Source of the DNA: Actinomycetes bacterium
GTDB lineage: Bacteria; Actinomycetota; Acidimicrobiia; Spongiisociales; UBA5794
NCBI GenBank assembly: GCA_023336815.1
Contig: JAMBLJ010000054.1
Location: 1 to 52,849, forward strand
Length of the DNA stretch: 52,849 bases
Direction of reading: 5' to 3'
Within the stretch, counting starts at the first letter, position 1. Each line of letters starts with the position of its first letter. The position numbers were made by a program, and so were the translations under genes. Positions 36,594-46,913 of the stretch are shown in pieces. Under the pieces are notes generated by a model that worked only from the letters and a program-made list of their open reading frames with translations, searched no databases and was not told where the DNA came from.

Positions 36594-37219
36594 GTTCCCC
36601 GATATCTGCATGGTCGCATGCCAGCCAGGAAAGGGTGCAGACGATCCTTGACTCGTACCCCGAGCCTCGTTCGGCGATCATGCCCCTCCTCTATATTGCG
36701 AGCCTCGAACATGATCGTGTTTCCCCAGAGGCGATGCGGCAAGTCGCTGAATTGACCGGTGTGACCCCGGCACAGGTTGCCTCGGTCGCATCCTTCTACA
36801 CGATGTTCAAACGCGACGGTGTCGGCGAGTATCTCGTGTCTGTATGCACATCGATCTCTTGCTTCTTGCGGGGAGCCGACGATGTCCTGGAAGTTGTGGA
36901 AGATGCAACCGGTGCCAGGCGTGGTGAGACATCGTCCGACGGCACATTCACAGTTGAACACGTCGAATGTATCGGCTCGTGTGGTGGAGCGCCGGCGGTA
37001 CAGGTGAACTACGAACTCATCGAGGGTGTATCCACAGACAACGGCCGAAAGCTGGTTGCGTGGCTGAAGGATACCAAACCACAGGTCGTTCTGGCTGACG
37101 AGATGCAGCAGCTGTTTGGCGGTAGTCGTTCTTTCGACTGGGGCGGTCCCGAACCGGAAGGTGCTATTGCGCCTGTTCCTGCGTTCGGTCCGTACGGATC
37201 CTCAGGGGAGGGACGTTGA
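36590..37219 (+). CDS. nuoE: NADH-quinone oxidoreductase subunit E
   Basis: SFYTMF, CTSISC, ECIGSC. Confidence 0.93.
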   Translation: MSSPISAWSHASQERVQTILDSYPEPRSAIMPLLYIASLEHDRVSPEAMRQVAELTGVTPAQVASVASFYTMFKRDGVGEYLVSVCTSISCFLRGADDVLEVVEDATGARRGETSSDGTFTVEHVECIGSCGGAPAVQVNYELIEGVSTDNGRKLVAWLKDTKPQVVLADEMQQLFGGSRSFDWGGPEPEGAIAPVPAFGPYGSSGEGR

Positions 37220-38508
37220 CAGACTTGATCCTGACCGCACGTATGACCGCGCACCCTGCTGATAGCCATATGATCGATCGTTTCGTTGCTACCGGTGGGT
37301 ACAGCGCTCTCCGGAAGGCTCTCACCGAGTTGACGCCAGAAGAAGTCAAGGATGAGGTCAAGGCATCGAATATGAGAGGTAGAGGTGGGGCAGGGTTCCC
37401 AACGGGTGTCAAGTGGGGGTTCCTCGCCGCTTCAGAACCGCGGTATCTGGTCGTCAACGGTGACGAATCTGAACCGGGTACGTTCAACGATCGTCAGCTC
37501 ATGGAGCGTGACCCTCATCAGCTCGTTGAGGGCATAGCCATCTCAAGCTACGCACTCGGGATAGGCCACGCGTTCGTGTACATCCGTGGTGAGTACCCGC
37601 GATCGGCACGGCGTGTGCAACGAGCTATCGAGGAGGCCTACGCGGCCGGTTACCTTGGAGACGGAATCCTCGGCACCGACTTTTCCCTCGACGTGACCGT
37701 CCATCTCGGTGGTGGTGCATACATCTGTGGCGAGGAAACAGCACTGCTCAACAGTCTCGAGGGGCGACGAGGTGAACCGAGGCTCAAACCGCCGTTCCCC
37801 GCTGTCGAGGGTCTGTATGCGAAACCCACGATCGTCAACAACGTGGAGTCCATCTCGAACGTTCCGTGGATCGTCAACAACTCCGGAACGTCCTATGCCG
37901 CCATCGGTCCTGAGCGCTCCGCCGGAACCAAGATGTTGAGTATCTCCGGCCATATAAACAAGCCTGGCAACCACGAGATCATCATGGGAATGACCTGGCG
38001 AGATATGATCTACGACCTTGGCGGAGGCATCCCTGACGACAGGGCGCTCAAGACCTGGATTCCGGGAGGAGCATCCGCTCCCTGGTTCGTCCCCGAGGAA
38101 CATCTCGACACGATCCTGTCGATCGATGATGTTGCTGCCAACGGTTCGATGATCGGTGCTGGTGCCGTTGTCGTGATGGATGAAACGACGAATGTCGTTG
38201 CAGCAGCGCATCGAATCGTTCGCTTCTTCGCACACGAGTCGTGTGGACAGTGCACACCATGCCGTGAAGGGACTCGTTGGCTTGAAGACGTGCTGAAGAG
38301 GATTCTCGACGGTCGCGGACGCCCCGAAGATATCGACCTGCTCCTCGACATCTCGGACAATATTTCCCCAGGTCTCTCCTGGCCGCCGGCGATGACAACG
38401 ATCTGCCCGCTCGGACCGTCAGCGGTTTCTCCTGTGACCTCGATTACACGGTGGTTCCTCCCCGAGATCGAGGCGATGATCGCCGGAGGTGGTGATTCCG
38501 ATGGCTGA
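37216..38508 (+). CDS. nuoF: NADH-quinone oxidoreductase subunit F
   Basis: GRGGAGFP, DESEPG, YICGEETAL, ESCGQCTPCREG. Confidence 0.96.
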   Translation: MTDLILTARMTAHPADSHMIDRFVATGGYSALRKALTELTPEEVKDEVKASNMRGRGGAGFPTGVKWGFLAASEPRYLVVNGDESEPGTFNDRQLMERDPHQLVEGIAISSYALGIGHAFVYIRGEYPRSARRVQRAIEEAYAAGYLGDGILGTDFSLDVTVHLGGGAYICGEETALLNSLEGRRGEPRLKPPFPAVEGLYAKPTIVNNVESISNVPWIVNNSGTSYAAIGPERSAGTKMLSISGHINKPGNHEIIMGMTWRDMIYDLGGGIPDDRALKTWIPGGASAPWFVPEEHLDTILSIDDVAANGSMIGAGAVVVMDETTNVVAAAHRIVRFFAHESCGQCTPCREGTRWLEDVLKRILDGRGRPEDIDLLLDISDNISPGLSWPPAMTTICPLGPSAVSPVTSITRWFLPEIEAMIAGGGDSDG

Positions 38509-40924
38509 TGCCGATCAGGTCACGATCACGATCAACGGCATCGACCACGTCGTTGCGGCAGGTCAACTCCTGATCACCGCGGCCGAGAACATCGGTGAGA
38601 TCATCCCGAGATTCTGTCACCACGACAAACTCGAGCCCGTCGCCAAGTGCCGGATGTGTCTCGTTGAGGTCGAGGGTCCAAGAGGGAAAGCCCTCGTGCC
38701 CTCATGCACGATGCCGGTGAGCAATGGGATGGTCGTCGACACCAAGTCAGCTGTGGTCACAAAGGCGCATGAAGGCGTCCTTGAGTTCTTGCTCATCAAT
38801 CATCCACTTGATTGCCCTATCTGTGACAAAGGAGGGGAATGCCCTCTCCAGGATCAGGCGTATGCCCATGGTCCTGGCGAGAGCCGGTTCGTCGAGGAGA
38901 AGCGCACCTATCTCAAGCCGCTGCCGGTCTCGGACCTCGTCCTGCTTGATCGTGAACGATGTGTACTGTGCGACCGCTGTGTGCGGGTCGCTGACGATAT
39001 CGCTGGCGATCCCCTTCTCGTCTTCACCGAGCGTGGGAACGCCGTTCAGATCCAGACCTTCCCTGACGAGCCGTTCGCCTCCTATTTCTCAGGTAACACC
39101 GTTCAACTCTGTCCTGTTGGGGCGTTGACCTCTGTCGACTATCGGTTCAAGGCTCGGCCGTGGGACCTCCACCATGTCACGTCCGTGTCTCTTGTCGACA
39201 CCGTGCAATCGACTGTTGATGTCCAGACATCCCGGGGCAAGATCGTCCGCGTCTACGGTGTGGAGAACGATGCAGTCAACGAAGGATGGTTGTCCGACAA
39301 GGACCGTTTCGTGTTCCCTGCCATCCATGCGGATACCAGGGTCGTCCAGCCCTTGGTGCGCAACGGTGAGCGATTCGACAAGGCGACGTGGGGTGAGGCG
39401 CTCGAGATCGTCGCTTCACGACTGGGGTCGTGCAAAGGCGCAGAGGTTGCTGCGATCGGTGGCGCACACAACACGAACGAGGATGCGTTCGCCCTAGGGA
39501 AGTTCATGCGGTCGGTCATCGGCTCCGCACACATCGACGCTCAGATCGGTGATGGTCTCGACGCCCGACTCGCCGCAGCTGTTACATCGCGCGCACGTCT
39601 CGGCGATCTCGATGCAGCGTCAACGATCCTCGTTTGGGGCCCGGACCTCAAGGAGGTCCTGCCTGTTCTCTATCTCAGGGTGCGCAAAGCTACTCGCAAC
39701 GGGGCGACACTCGTTGTCGTAAGTCCAGTGGCCACGGGGCTCGACTCTGTTGCTGACCATGTCGTCAGGTATCGTGCAGGGACGGGTTCCGAACTTCTTC
39801 GCAAGCTCGGGGCAGGTGACGGGGATCTCGTGGGAGCCAGGTCTGCGCTCCGTGAGGGTCCGGTTGTTGCACTTGTCGGCCGGACGTCGCTTGCGGAAGA
39901 TCCGAATCTCGCCGAATCGATCGCTGCCTTTGCGTTGTCATTGCCTGAAGCGAAGATCCTTCCCCTTCTCGAGCGAGGCAACGTGTTCGGGGCTCTTGAC
40001 ATGGGCCTCGCTCCTGGCCTCCTGCCCGGCCGTGTTTCTGTGGATTCACAAGAAGGTGTCGACGCCATCGAGGATGCGTGGGGACCGTTGCCGGACCACG
40101 AAGGACTCGACGCGATGTCGATCCTGGCGGACCTCGTGGAAGGTGATATGTCGGCCCTCGTGATGGTCGGATCGGATCCGGTAAGCGACTGTCCCGATCC
40201 CCAACTCGCACGTGCTGCGATTGAGGCAGCGGACTTTGTCGTTGCGATCGACGCGTTTATCACGGACTCGTCTGTGCTAGCCGACGTGATTCTTCCTGCC
40301 GCCGTGTGGGGAGAGGTGGACGGGACGGTGACGAACCTCGAAGGCAGGGTGCAGCGGATTCGGCCATCGTTGTTGCCTGCCGGTCAGTCGAGAGCCTTGC
40401 ACGGATTGCTGGATGACATCGCCAGTCAGATGGGTGCCGATCTCGGTACCTCGGATCTCGCGATGATCTCGAAGGAGATTGCTTCCGTCGCTCCGAGTTA
40501 CGCCGGTATCACGATCGACTACCTGACCTTTGCTGGTGACCCCGATGGTGTTGTTGTGCCCATCGAGGATGCTCAACAGCCGCTCGTTTACACACCGGTC
40601 GACCGACCCGTTCCGGTTGTCACTGGCGAGTTCACTCTGCACCTCGCTGCATCGCTGTACGACGCTGGCGTGTGGCTGAGCAACGCCGCAGCGCTCGGAG
40701 ATCTTGCGAGAAGCGCATACGTACGACTCCATCCTTCGGATGCGGCGCGGAGGGCTATCACACCTGGGGAAACGATCGTTGTCTCTGGCTCGCACCAGCT
40801 ACCCGTTGCTCTCGACGATACGGTGTCGCGCGGGACGCTCGTTGTCCCTCACAATCTGGAGGAGACGAAGGGGTTCGTTGCGACACCAACCGTGACTGTC
40901 GATACCGTGCGAGGTGAGGAATGA
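38501..40924 (+). CDS. nuoG: NADH-quinone oxidoreductase subunit G
   Basis: CRMCLVE, HPLDCPICDKGGEC, CVLCDRC, CPVGAL. Confidence 0.95.
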   Translation: MADADQVTITINGIDHVVAAGQLLITAAENIGEIIPRFCHHDKLEPVAKCRMCLVEVEGPRGKALVPSCTMPVSNGMVVDTKSAVVTKAHEGVLEFLLINHPLDCPICDKGGECPLQDQAYAHGPGESRFVEEKRTYLKPLPVSDLVLLDRERCVLCDRCVRVADDIAGDPLLVFTERGNAVQIQTFPDEPFASYFSGNTVQLCPVGALTSVDYRFKARPWDLHHVTSVSLVDTVQSTVDVQTSRGKIVRVYGVENDAVNEGWLSDKDRFVFPAIHADTRVVQPLVRNGERFDKATWGEALEIVASRLGSCKGAEVAAIGGAHNTNEDAFALGKFMRSVIGSAHIDAQIGDGLDARLAAAVTSRARLGDLDAASTILVWGPDLKEVLPVLYLRVRKATRNGATLVVVSPVATGLDSVADHVVRYRAGTGSELLRKLGAGDGDLVGARSALREGPVVALVGRTSLAEDPNLAESIAAFALSLPEAKILPLLERGNVFGALDMGLAPGLLPGRVSVDSQEGVDAIEDAWGPLPDHEGLDAMSILADLVEGDMSALVMVGSDPVSDCPDPQLARAAIEAADFVVAIDAFITDSSVLADVILPAAVWGEVDGTVTNLEGRVQRIRPSLLPAGQSRALHGLLDDIASQMGADLGTSDLAMISKEIASVAPSYAGITIDYLTFAGDPDGVVVPIEDAQQPLVYTPVDRPVPVVTGEFTLHLAASLYDAGVWLSNAAALGDLARSAYVRLHPSDAARRAITPGETIVVSGSHQLPVALDDTVSRGTLVVPHNLEETKGFVATPTVTVDTVRGEE

Positions 40925-41961
40925 GTATCTTCATCGAGGCTGCAATCCGTGCCGTGTTCGTGTTCGGTTTCCTGCTCGTCACCGTGATCCTTCTCGTGTG
41001 GGTGGAACGAAAGTTCGTTTCCGATCTTCAGAACCGTGTTGGCCCGGATCGTGCCGGACCATGGGGGATCCTCCAGACCCTCGCCGACGGGATGAAGAGC
41101 TTCTTCAAGGAATCGATTCGACCGACCAACGTCGAAGTGGCTCTGTTCGTAGCAGCACCCATCATCGCTCTCATGACAGCACTACTCATCTTCATGGTTG
41201 TTCCCATTGGAGCACCGGTGGAGATCAACGGCACTGAATACGCCCTCGTCGGAGCGGATCTCAACGTCGGCCTGCTGTACGTTCTTGCTCTGTCGTCCAT
41301 GGCCGTGTACGCAATCGTGTTCGCTGGCTGGGCGTCGGGGTCGAAGTACCCACTTCTTGGCTCGGTGAGAGCATCGGCCCAGATGATCTCGTACGAGGCT
41401 GCGATGGGTCTCTCGCTGGTCCCCGTCGTTCTCTTCGCTGGTTCGACGTCGATAACGACCATCGTCGAACAGCAGCAGGGCACGTTCCTTGGTGTATTCC
41501 CTGCGTGGAACATCGTGCTGTTGCCGTCGTTCGTGATCTTCCTCATCTCCGGATTCGCAGAGACCAACCGAGCGCCTTTCGATCTCGTCGAGGCTGAACA
41601 GGAGATCGTCGGTGGCTATCACACCGAATACTCCGGTTTCCAGTTCGCGCTCTTCTTCCTTGCTGAGTACATAGCGGTCTTCAACATCTCTGCGCTTACC
41701 GCAGTCTTATTCCTCGGTGGTTGGTCCGGGCCGGTCTTCGGACCTGCATGGATCGCGTGGGTCTGGCCTATCGGTTGGTTCCTGCTCAAGACATGGGCCA
41801 TCGTTCTGTTCTTCGTATGGGTACGCGCGTCCCTTCCCAGAATGCGGTACGACCATTTGATGAGCTTTGGATGGAAGAAACTGATTCCTGTCTCGTTGGC
41901 GTGGATCATCCTTGTGGCGATCGCAATCGGTATCAGAGACTTCGGGTTGCCATGGTCATGA
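40921..41961 (+). CDS. nuoH: NADH-quinone oxidoreductase subunit H
   Basis: GILQTLADGMK, ETNRAPFDLVEAE. Confidence 0.96.
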   Translation: MSIFIEAAIRAVFVFGFLLVTVILLVWVERKFVSDLQNRVGPDRAGPWGILQTLADGMKSFFKESIRPTNVEVALFVAAPIIALMTALLIFMVVPIGAPVEINGTEYALVGADLNVGLLYVLALSSMAVYAIVFAGWASGSKYPLLGSVRASAQMISYEAAMGLSLVPVVLFAGSTSITTIVEQQQGTFLGVFPAWNIVLLPSFVIFLISGFAETNRAPFDLVEAEQEIVGGYHTEYSGFQFALFFLAEYIAVFNISALTAVLFLGGWSGPVFGPAWIAWVWPIGWFLLKTWAIVLFFVWVRASLPRMRYDHLMSFGWKKLIPVSLAWIILVAIAIGIRDFGLPWS

Positions 41962-41971
41962 GGAGGCATCG

Positions 41972-42637
41972 ATGAGCTGGTTCGCAGACCTTCTCGGTCC
42001 ATTCAGGGGCTTTGCCGTGACTATGCGTCAGGTGGGAAAGCCACGGCTGACGATCAAGTACCCCGCACAGAAACGGGTCAAACCGGAGCGTTTTCATGGG
42101 CGACACGTTCTCAACCGGTACCCCGACGGCATGGAGAAGTGCATTGGATGTGAATTGTGTGCGGGTGTGTGCCCTGCGAACTGCATCTATGTGCGTGGCG
42201 CGGATAACCCACCGGAGGAGCCTGTCAGCCCAGGCGAACGATTCGGTTTCGTGTACGAGATCAACATGCTGCGGTGCATCTTCTGTGCGATGTGTGTCGA
42301 AGCTTGTCCCACACAGGCGATCACGATGACCCATCTGTTCGAGATGTCAGTGACCGAACGTGCTGACGGCATCTACACGAAAGATGAACTTCTTGTTGAG
42401 CCCGATGGGACGCCGAACCATCCGCAGCCACCATCGGAACTTATCGACCTCGACGAACTCACGGCCGGCGACGGGTGGATGCGAGCCACATCACCAGCGG
42501 GTCATGCCGCATATGAAGGCGTCGTAGCTTGGACGCCCTCTGCGAGAACCGGAGACCTCCCGGCTGAACGAGGTCAGATGAGCGATCCGCAGCTGGATGC
42601 CGGTGTCTCCGAAGAGAAGGAAGCCGACGATGGGTGA
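41972..42637 (+). CDS. nuoI: NADH-quinone oxidoreductase subunit I
   Basis: CIGCELCAGVCP, CIFCAMCVEACP; AGGAGG RBS. Confidence 0.96.
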   Translation: MSWFADLLGPFRGFAVTMRQVGKPRLTIKYPAQKRVKPERFHGRHVLNRYPDGMEKCIGCELCAGVCPANCIYVRGADNPPEEPVSPGERFGFVYEINMLRCIFCAMCVEACPTQAITMTHLFEMSVTERADGIYTKDELLVEPDGTPNHPQPPSELIDLDELTAGDGWMRATSPAGHAAYEGVVAWTPSARTGDLPAERGQMSDPQLDAGVSEEKEADDG

Positions 42638-43160
42638 GTTGATCGTGTTCATCATCTTCGCCACCGTTGCGCTCGTGAGCGCCATCGGGATGGTCTTGGC
42701 GAAGAACCCTGTGTACTCAGCTATCGGACTGCTCGGTGCGATGTTCTCGATCGCTGTGCTGTACGTACTCCTTGATGCCCACTTCGTTGCGGCGGTGCAG
42801 GTGATCGTGTATGCGGGAGCTGTGATGACACTGTTCCTCTTCGTCATCATGCTCATCGGGGTCGATAACCGAGAGGCGTACGGGCCTGCGGTTCCCGCAC
42901 AAAGGATCATGACGGCGGTTGTCTCCATCGGGCTCTTCGCAGCGATCGTCCTTGCTGGCCGTGCTGCATGGATCACAGGGAGCAATGCTTTCGGAACACC
43001 GGATCTGAACGGGACCATCGAGAACGTGTCCGATGAGCTCTTCGGTACCTGGACCGTTGTCTTCCTCTCGACCGTGATGCTGCTCACCATCGCTGCGCTT
43101 GGAACGATCGCTCTCGCCTACTTCGGGACCGATGTTCCCGATGAGGAGGCGACGCTGTGA
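42630..43160 (+). CDS. nuoJ: NADH-quinone oxidoreductase subunit J
   Basis: [19 protein letters not shown]. Confidence 0.95.
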   Translation: MGELIVFIIFATVALVSAIGMVLAKNPVYSAIGLLGAMFSIAVLYVLLDAHFVAAVQVIVYAGAVMTLFLFVIMLIGVDNREAYGPAVPAQRIMTAVVSIGLFAAIVLAGRAAWITGSNAFGTPDLNGTIENVSDELFGTWTVVFLSTVMLLTIAALGTIALAYFGTDVPDEEATL

Positions 43161-43462
43161 CGCTTACCATCTCGTGGTTCCTCATCCTCGCAGCAGCACT
43201 GTTCTCTATCGGTGTAGCTGGTGTTCTCATCCGTCGCAACGCCCTCGTGATGTTCATGTCGATCGAGCTCATGCTCAACTCTGTCAACCTCACCTTCGTA
43301 GCGGTCAGCAGAGAACTCGGTCTGATCGAGGGGCAGGTCGCTGCCCTGTTCGTGATGGTTGTCGCCGCAGCCGAAGTCACCATCGGGTTGGCGATCATCG
43401 TCGCGGTCTTCCGACGCAAGGCAAGCGCGAACGTCGATGAACTCGCGGAATTGAGGGGGTAA
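43157..43462 (+). CDS. nuoK: NADH-quinone oxidoreductase subunit K
   Basis: RRNAL...IELMLN, AAAEV. Confidence 0.96.
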   Translation: MTLTISWFLILAAALFSIGVAGVLIRRNALVMFMSIELMLNSVNLTFVAVSRELGLIEGQVAALFVMVVAAAEVTIGLAIIVAVFRRKASANVDELAELRG

Positions 43463-43464
43463 CG

Positions 43465-45339
43465 ATGACAGACCTTCTGTGGATCCTCATCGCACTGCCT
43501 CTCACAGGGGCGTTCATCAATATCGTATTCGGCAAGAGGATCGGGGAACCCCTTGCCGGGTGGCTCGGGTTCGTTCTCGTCGGTAGCGCCTGGGCGATCG
43601 CTGTTGTACCGACGCTGGGTCTCCTCACCGGATCCGGCACACCTGAAACGATCTATCTCTTCTCCTGGATCCCTGTCGTTGGCGCCGATGCTGCGATCCT
43701 GTGGGATCCTCTTTCGGCGCTACTCACGATGATCGTGACGGGTGTTGGTGCGCTGATTCATCTGTATTCCATCGGTTACATGCACGGAGATGAGCGATTC
43801 GCCCGGTTCTTCGGGTATCTCAACTTGTTCATCGCTTCGATGCTGATCCTCGTCCTCGCTTCGAACTACGCGGTCATGTTCATCGGTTGGGAACTTGTTG
43901 GATTGTCGTCCTATCTCCTGATCTCCTTCTGGTTCAAGAAGCCGTCGGCTGCCGCTGCAGGCAAGAAGGCGTTCATTGTTAACCGGATAGGAGATTGGGG
44001 ATTCCTTGTAGCCCTGATGATCATCTTCGCGTCGTTCGGCACTTTCGATTTCGGTGTGATCTTCACTACGGCGCCCGTCGTATTGACGACCGGTGCGGCA
44101 ACCGCGATCACGTTGCTGCTTTTCCTTGGTGCCACAGGGAAGTCCGCCCAGATCCCTCTGTACATCTGGTTGCCTGACGCGATGGAGGGACCAACTCCGG
44201 TTTCCGCGCTCATCCATGCGGCAACGATGGTTACTGCCGGGGTGTTCATGATGGCCCGCTCAGCGGTTCTGTTCGAGCTCGCTCCGATCTCGGGTGTGAC
44301 CATTGCCGTTATCGGTGGCGCAACTGCACTCCTTGCAGCGGTCATCGCCGTGACCCAGATGGATATCAAGAAGGTTCTCGCCTATTCGACCATCAGCCAG
44401 CTTGGCTACATGGTTATGGGTGTGGGCGTCGGTGCCTACTCAGCGGGTGTGTTCCACCTGTCAACCCATGCGTTCTTCAAGGCGCTGCTGTTCCTCGGTG
44501 CGGGTTCTGTGATTCACGGCATGGCGGACGAACAGGACATGCGAAAGATGGGTGGCCTCCGTAAGGCGATGCCGGTGACGTTCGTCACGATGACCGTTGG
44601 CTGGTTGGCCATATCGGGTATCTTCCCGTTCTCGGGGTTCTGGTCGAAAGATGAGATCCTCGCCGCAACCTTCCAAAGGGGCGGTCCGTGGCTGATCCTG
44701 TGGGCGGTCGGGATTCTCGCTGCGTTGCTCACCGCCTTCTACATGACGCGTCTCTACGTACTGACTTTCCTCGGCAAACCCCGGTGGGCGGAAGGAACCG
44801 AGCCGCACGAGTCGCCATGGACGATGACGTTGCCCCTCGCCGTTCTCGCCGTCGCCGCTGTGATATTCGGTGTGTTCAACACTCCGGCGAGGCTCGCTTT
44901 CGAGCACTTCCTCGAGCCGTCCTTTGCGTTGATCTCTCATGCCGAGCCACTGGATCTCCCGCTGGCAGCAGTGCTTGCCCTTTTCGCTCTCGTTGTCGCC
45001 ATCGGTGGGATCGCATGGTCATGGTTCCGATACAACCGCGATGAGCTCCCGGTCGAAGAGGGCGGCTTCTGGCAACGGGGACTGAACGGATTCGCGGTAG
45101 ATGATCTGTATGGCCGCGTCATCGTTGAACCAGGCAAGAAGGTCTGCGAGTGGTTCGCCGATTCCGTCGATCCGAAGGGGATCGATGGCGTGAGCCACGG
45201 CATTGCCCAGGGTGTGCGGACGGCTGGCGACGGGCTGAAGACGCTCCAATCTGGCCAGGTTCGCAGCTATGCCGGTGGGATCGCGATCGGTGCCGTAGTG
45301 CTCATCCTGGCCGTCCTCGCCTTAGGAGGAGGGTTCTGA
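43465..45339 (+). CDS. nuoL: NADH-quinone oxidoreductase subunit L
   Basis: GKSAQIPL..WLPDAMEGPTPVSALIHAATMV. Confidence 0.97.
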   Translation: MTDLLWILIALPLTGAFINIVFGKRIGEPLAGWLGFVLVGSAWAIAVVPTLGLLTGSGTPETIYLFSWIPVVGADAAILWDPLSALLTMIVTGVGALIHLYSIGYMHGDERFARFFGYLNLFIASMLILVLASNYAVMFIGWELVGLSSYLLISFWFKKPSAAAAGKKAFIVNRIGDWGFLVALMIIFASFGTFDFGVIFTTAPVVLTTGAATAITLLLFLGATGKSAQIPLYIWLPDAMEGPTPVSALIHAATMVTAGVFMMARSAVLFELAPISGVTIAVIGGATALLAAVIAVTQMDIKKVLAYSTISQLGYMVMGVGVGAYSAGVFHLSTHAFFKALLFLGAGSVIHGMADEQDMRKMGGLRKAMPVTFVTMTVGWLAISGIFPFSGFWSKDEILAATFQRGGPWLILWAVGILAALLTAFYMTRLYVLTFLGKPRWAEGTEPHESPWTMTLPLAVLAVAAVIFGVFNTPARLAFEHFLEPSFALISHAEPLDLPLAAVLALFALVVAIGGIAWSWFRYNRDELPVEEGGFWQRGLNGFAVDDLYGRVIVEPGKKVCEWFADSVDPKGIDGVSHGIAQGVRTAGDGLKTLQSGQVRSYAGGIAIGAVVLILAVLALGGGF

Positions 45340-46913
45340 TGCCAGTGCTCACCATCTTGCTTGTTCTCCCGATCGTCGGAGCGCTGGTCGTTGCGGTCCT
45401 GCCGAAGCGACGACCAGAACTCATCTATCCGATCTCCCTCGTCGTATCGATCCTGCCACTTGCCGTAGCCGGATACATCCTGTGGAACTTCACGGTCGGT
45501 GACGCATCGTTCCAGTTCACGGAAGACATCTCATTCAACGAGACCATCGGCTTCGGATGGCGTGTTGCCGTCGATGGTGTGTCGTTGTTCATGGTCGTCC
45601 TCACTGCGCTCCTGTTTCCCATAGCGATCGCCGCATCACATGCGGTGACCGACCGACTCAAAACATACATGATCTTGATGCTCGTTCTCGAGACGGGCGT
45701 CCTCGGCGTGTTCCTTTCACTGGACCTCCTCCTCTTCTTCGCATTCTTCGAGATCGTGCTCATCCCGATGTACATGCTCATTGCCATGTGGGGCTCCGAG
45801 AATCGTGCGTACGCTTCAATGAAGTTCGTTCTCTTCACTGCTGCAGGTTCCGCATTCTTGTTTGCATCGATCATCGCTCTTGGGCTTCTCGCTGGCGAGC
45901 AGATCGGAACACTTGCCTCGTTCGACTTCAGAACGATGCTCGACGTCGAACTGACGCGGACCACACAGATCCTTCTGTTCTCAGGGTTCGCGATCGCCTT
46001 TGCGATCAAGGTTCCCCTGTTCCCCTTCCACACGTGGCTCCCCGACGCGCACACCGAGGCACCAACCGCAGGATCGGTGCTGTTAGCAGGCGTTCTGTTG
46101 AAGATGGGTACCTACGGGTTGTTGCGATTCAACGTGACGCTGTTCCCTGAGATCACCGTCGACTTCGGCTTCTGGCTTGCCCTGCTCGGTGTCGTCGGCA
46201 TCGTGTACGGGGCTGCTGTTGCGATCGTGCAGCCGGATATCAAACGACTGGTTGCCTACTCGTCTGTGTCACACATGGGATTCATCGTGCTTGGCATCTT
46301 CGCCCTCACCAGCCAGGCACTCCAGGGATCGATCTTTCAGATGATCAGCCACGGTCTCACCACGGGGGCGCTGTTCCTGTTGATCGGGATGGTGTACGAC
46401 AGAACGCATACGCGCAAGATCGCCGACTACGGAGGCCTCGCCAAGGTGATGCCCGTGTTCGCAGGGCTGTTCCTCTTCTCTGCGTTTGCGAGCGCCGGCC
46501 TGCCAGGCCTCTCAGGATTCGTTGGTGAATTCACGATCCTCATCGGGTCATATCTCACGTTCCCCACACTTGCGATCATCTCCGCTTCGGGTGTGATCCT
46601 CGCTGCCATCTATCTGCTGTGGGCGTATGAGCGAGTATTCACCGGGCCGATCACGAATTCGAAGCTCGAGGCCCTCAAGGATCTCAACGTCAGAGAGATA
46701 GCGATTCTTTTGCCGCTCGTAATTCTCATCATCGGCCTTGGTGTGTATCCCAAGCCGGTCATGGATCGGATCGAGCCATCAGTCAACCTGATGCTTGACA
46801 GGATCGAGGCGGTCACCGACTACCAGGTGCCAGAGTTTGGCGGGTCGGATGACACCGTCGACATCGAATATGGCGAGATCGAGTACGAGGAACACGAAGG
46901 GGGCGACGGCTGA
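45339..46913 (+). CDS. nuoM: NADH-quinone oxidoreductase subunit M
   Basis: KVPLFPFHTWLPDAHTEAP, AYSSVSHMG; start at TGATG overlap. Confidence 0.96.
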   Translation: MPVLTILLVLPIVGALVVAVLPKRRPELIYPISLVVSILPLAVAGYILWNFTVGDASFQFTEDISFNETIGFGWRVAVDGVSLFMVVLTALLFPIAIAASHAVTDRLKTYMILMLVLETGVLGVFLSLDLLLFFAFFEIVLIPMYMLIAMWGSENRAYASMKFVLFTAAGSAFLFASIIALGLLAGEQIGTLASFDFRTMLDVELTRTTQILLFSGFAIAFAIKVPLFPFHTWLPDAHTEAPTAGSVLLAGVLLKMGTYGLLRFNVTLFPEITVDFGFWLALLGVVGIVYGAAVAIVQPDIKRLVAYSSVSHMGFIVLGIFALTSQALQGSIFQMISHGLTTGALFLLIGMVYDRTHTRKIADYGGLAKVMPVFAGLFLFSAFASAGLPGLSGFVGEFTILIGSYLTFPTLAIISASGVILAAIYLLWAYERVFTGPITNSKLEALKDLNVREIAILLPLVILIIGLGVYPKPVMDRIEPSVNLMLDRIEAVTDYQVPEFGGSDDTVDIEYGEIEYEEHEGGDG

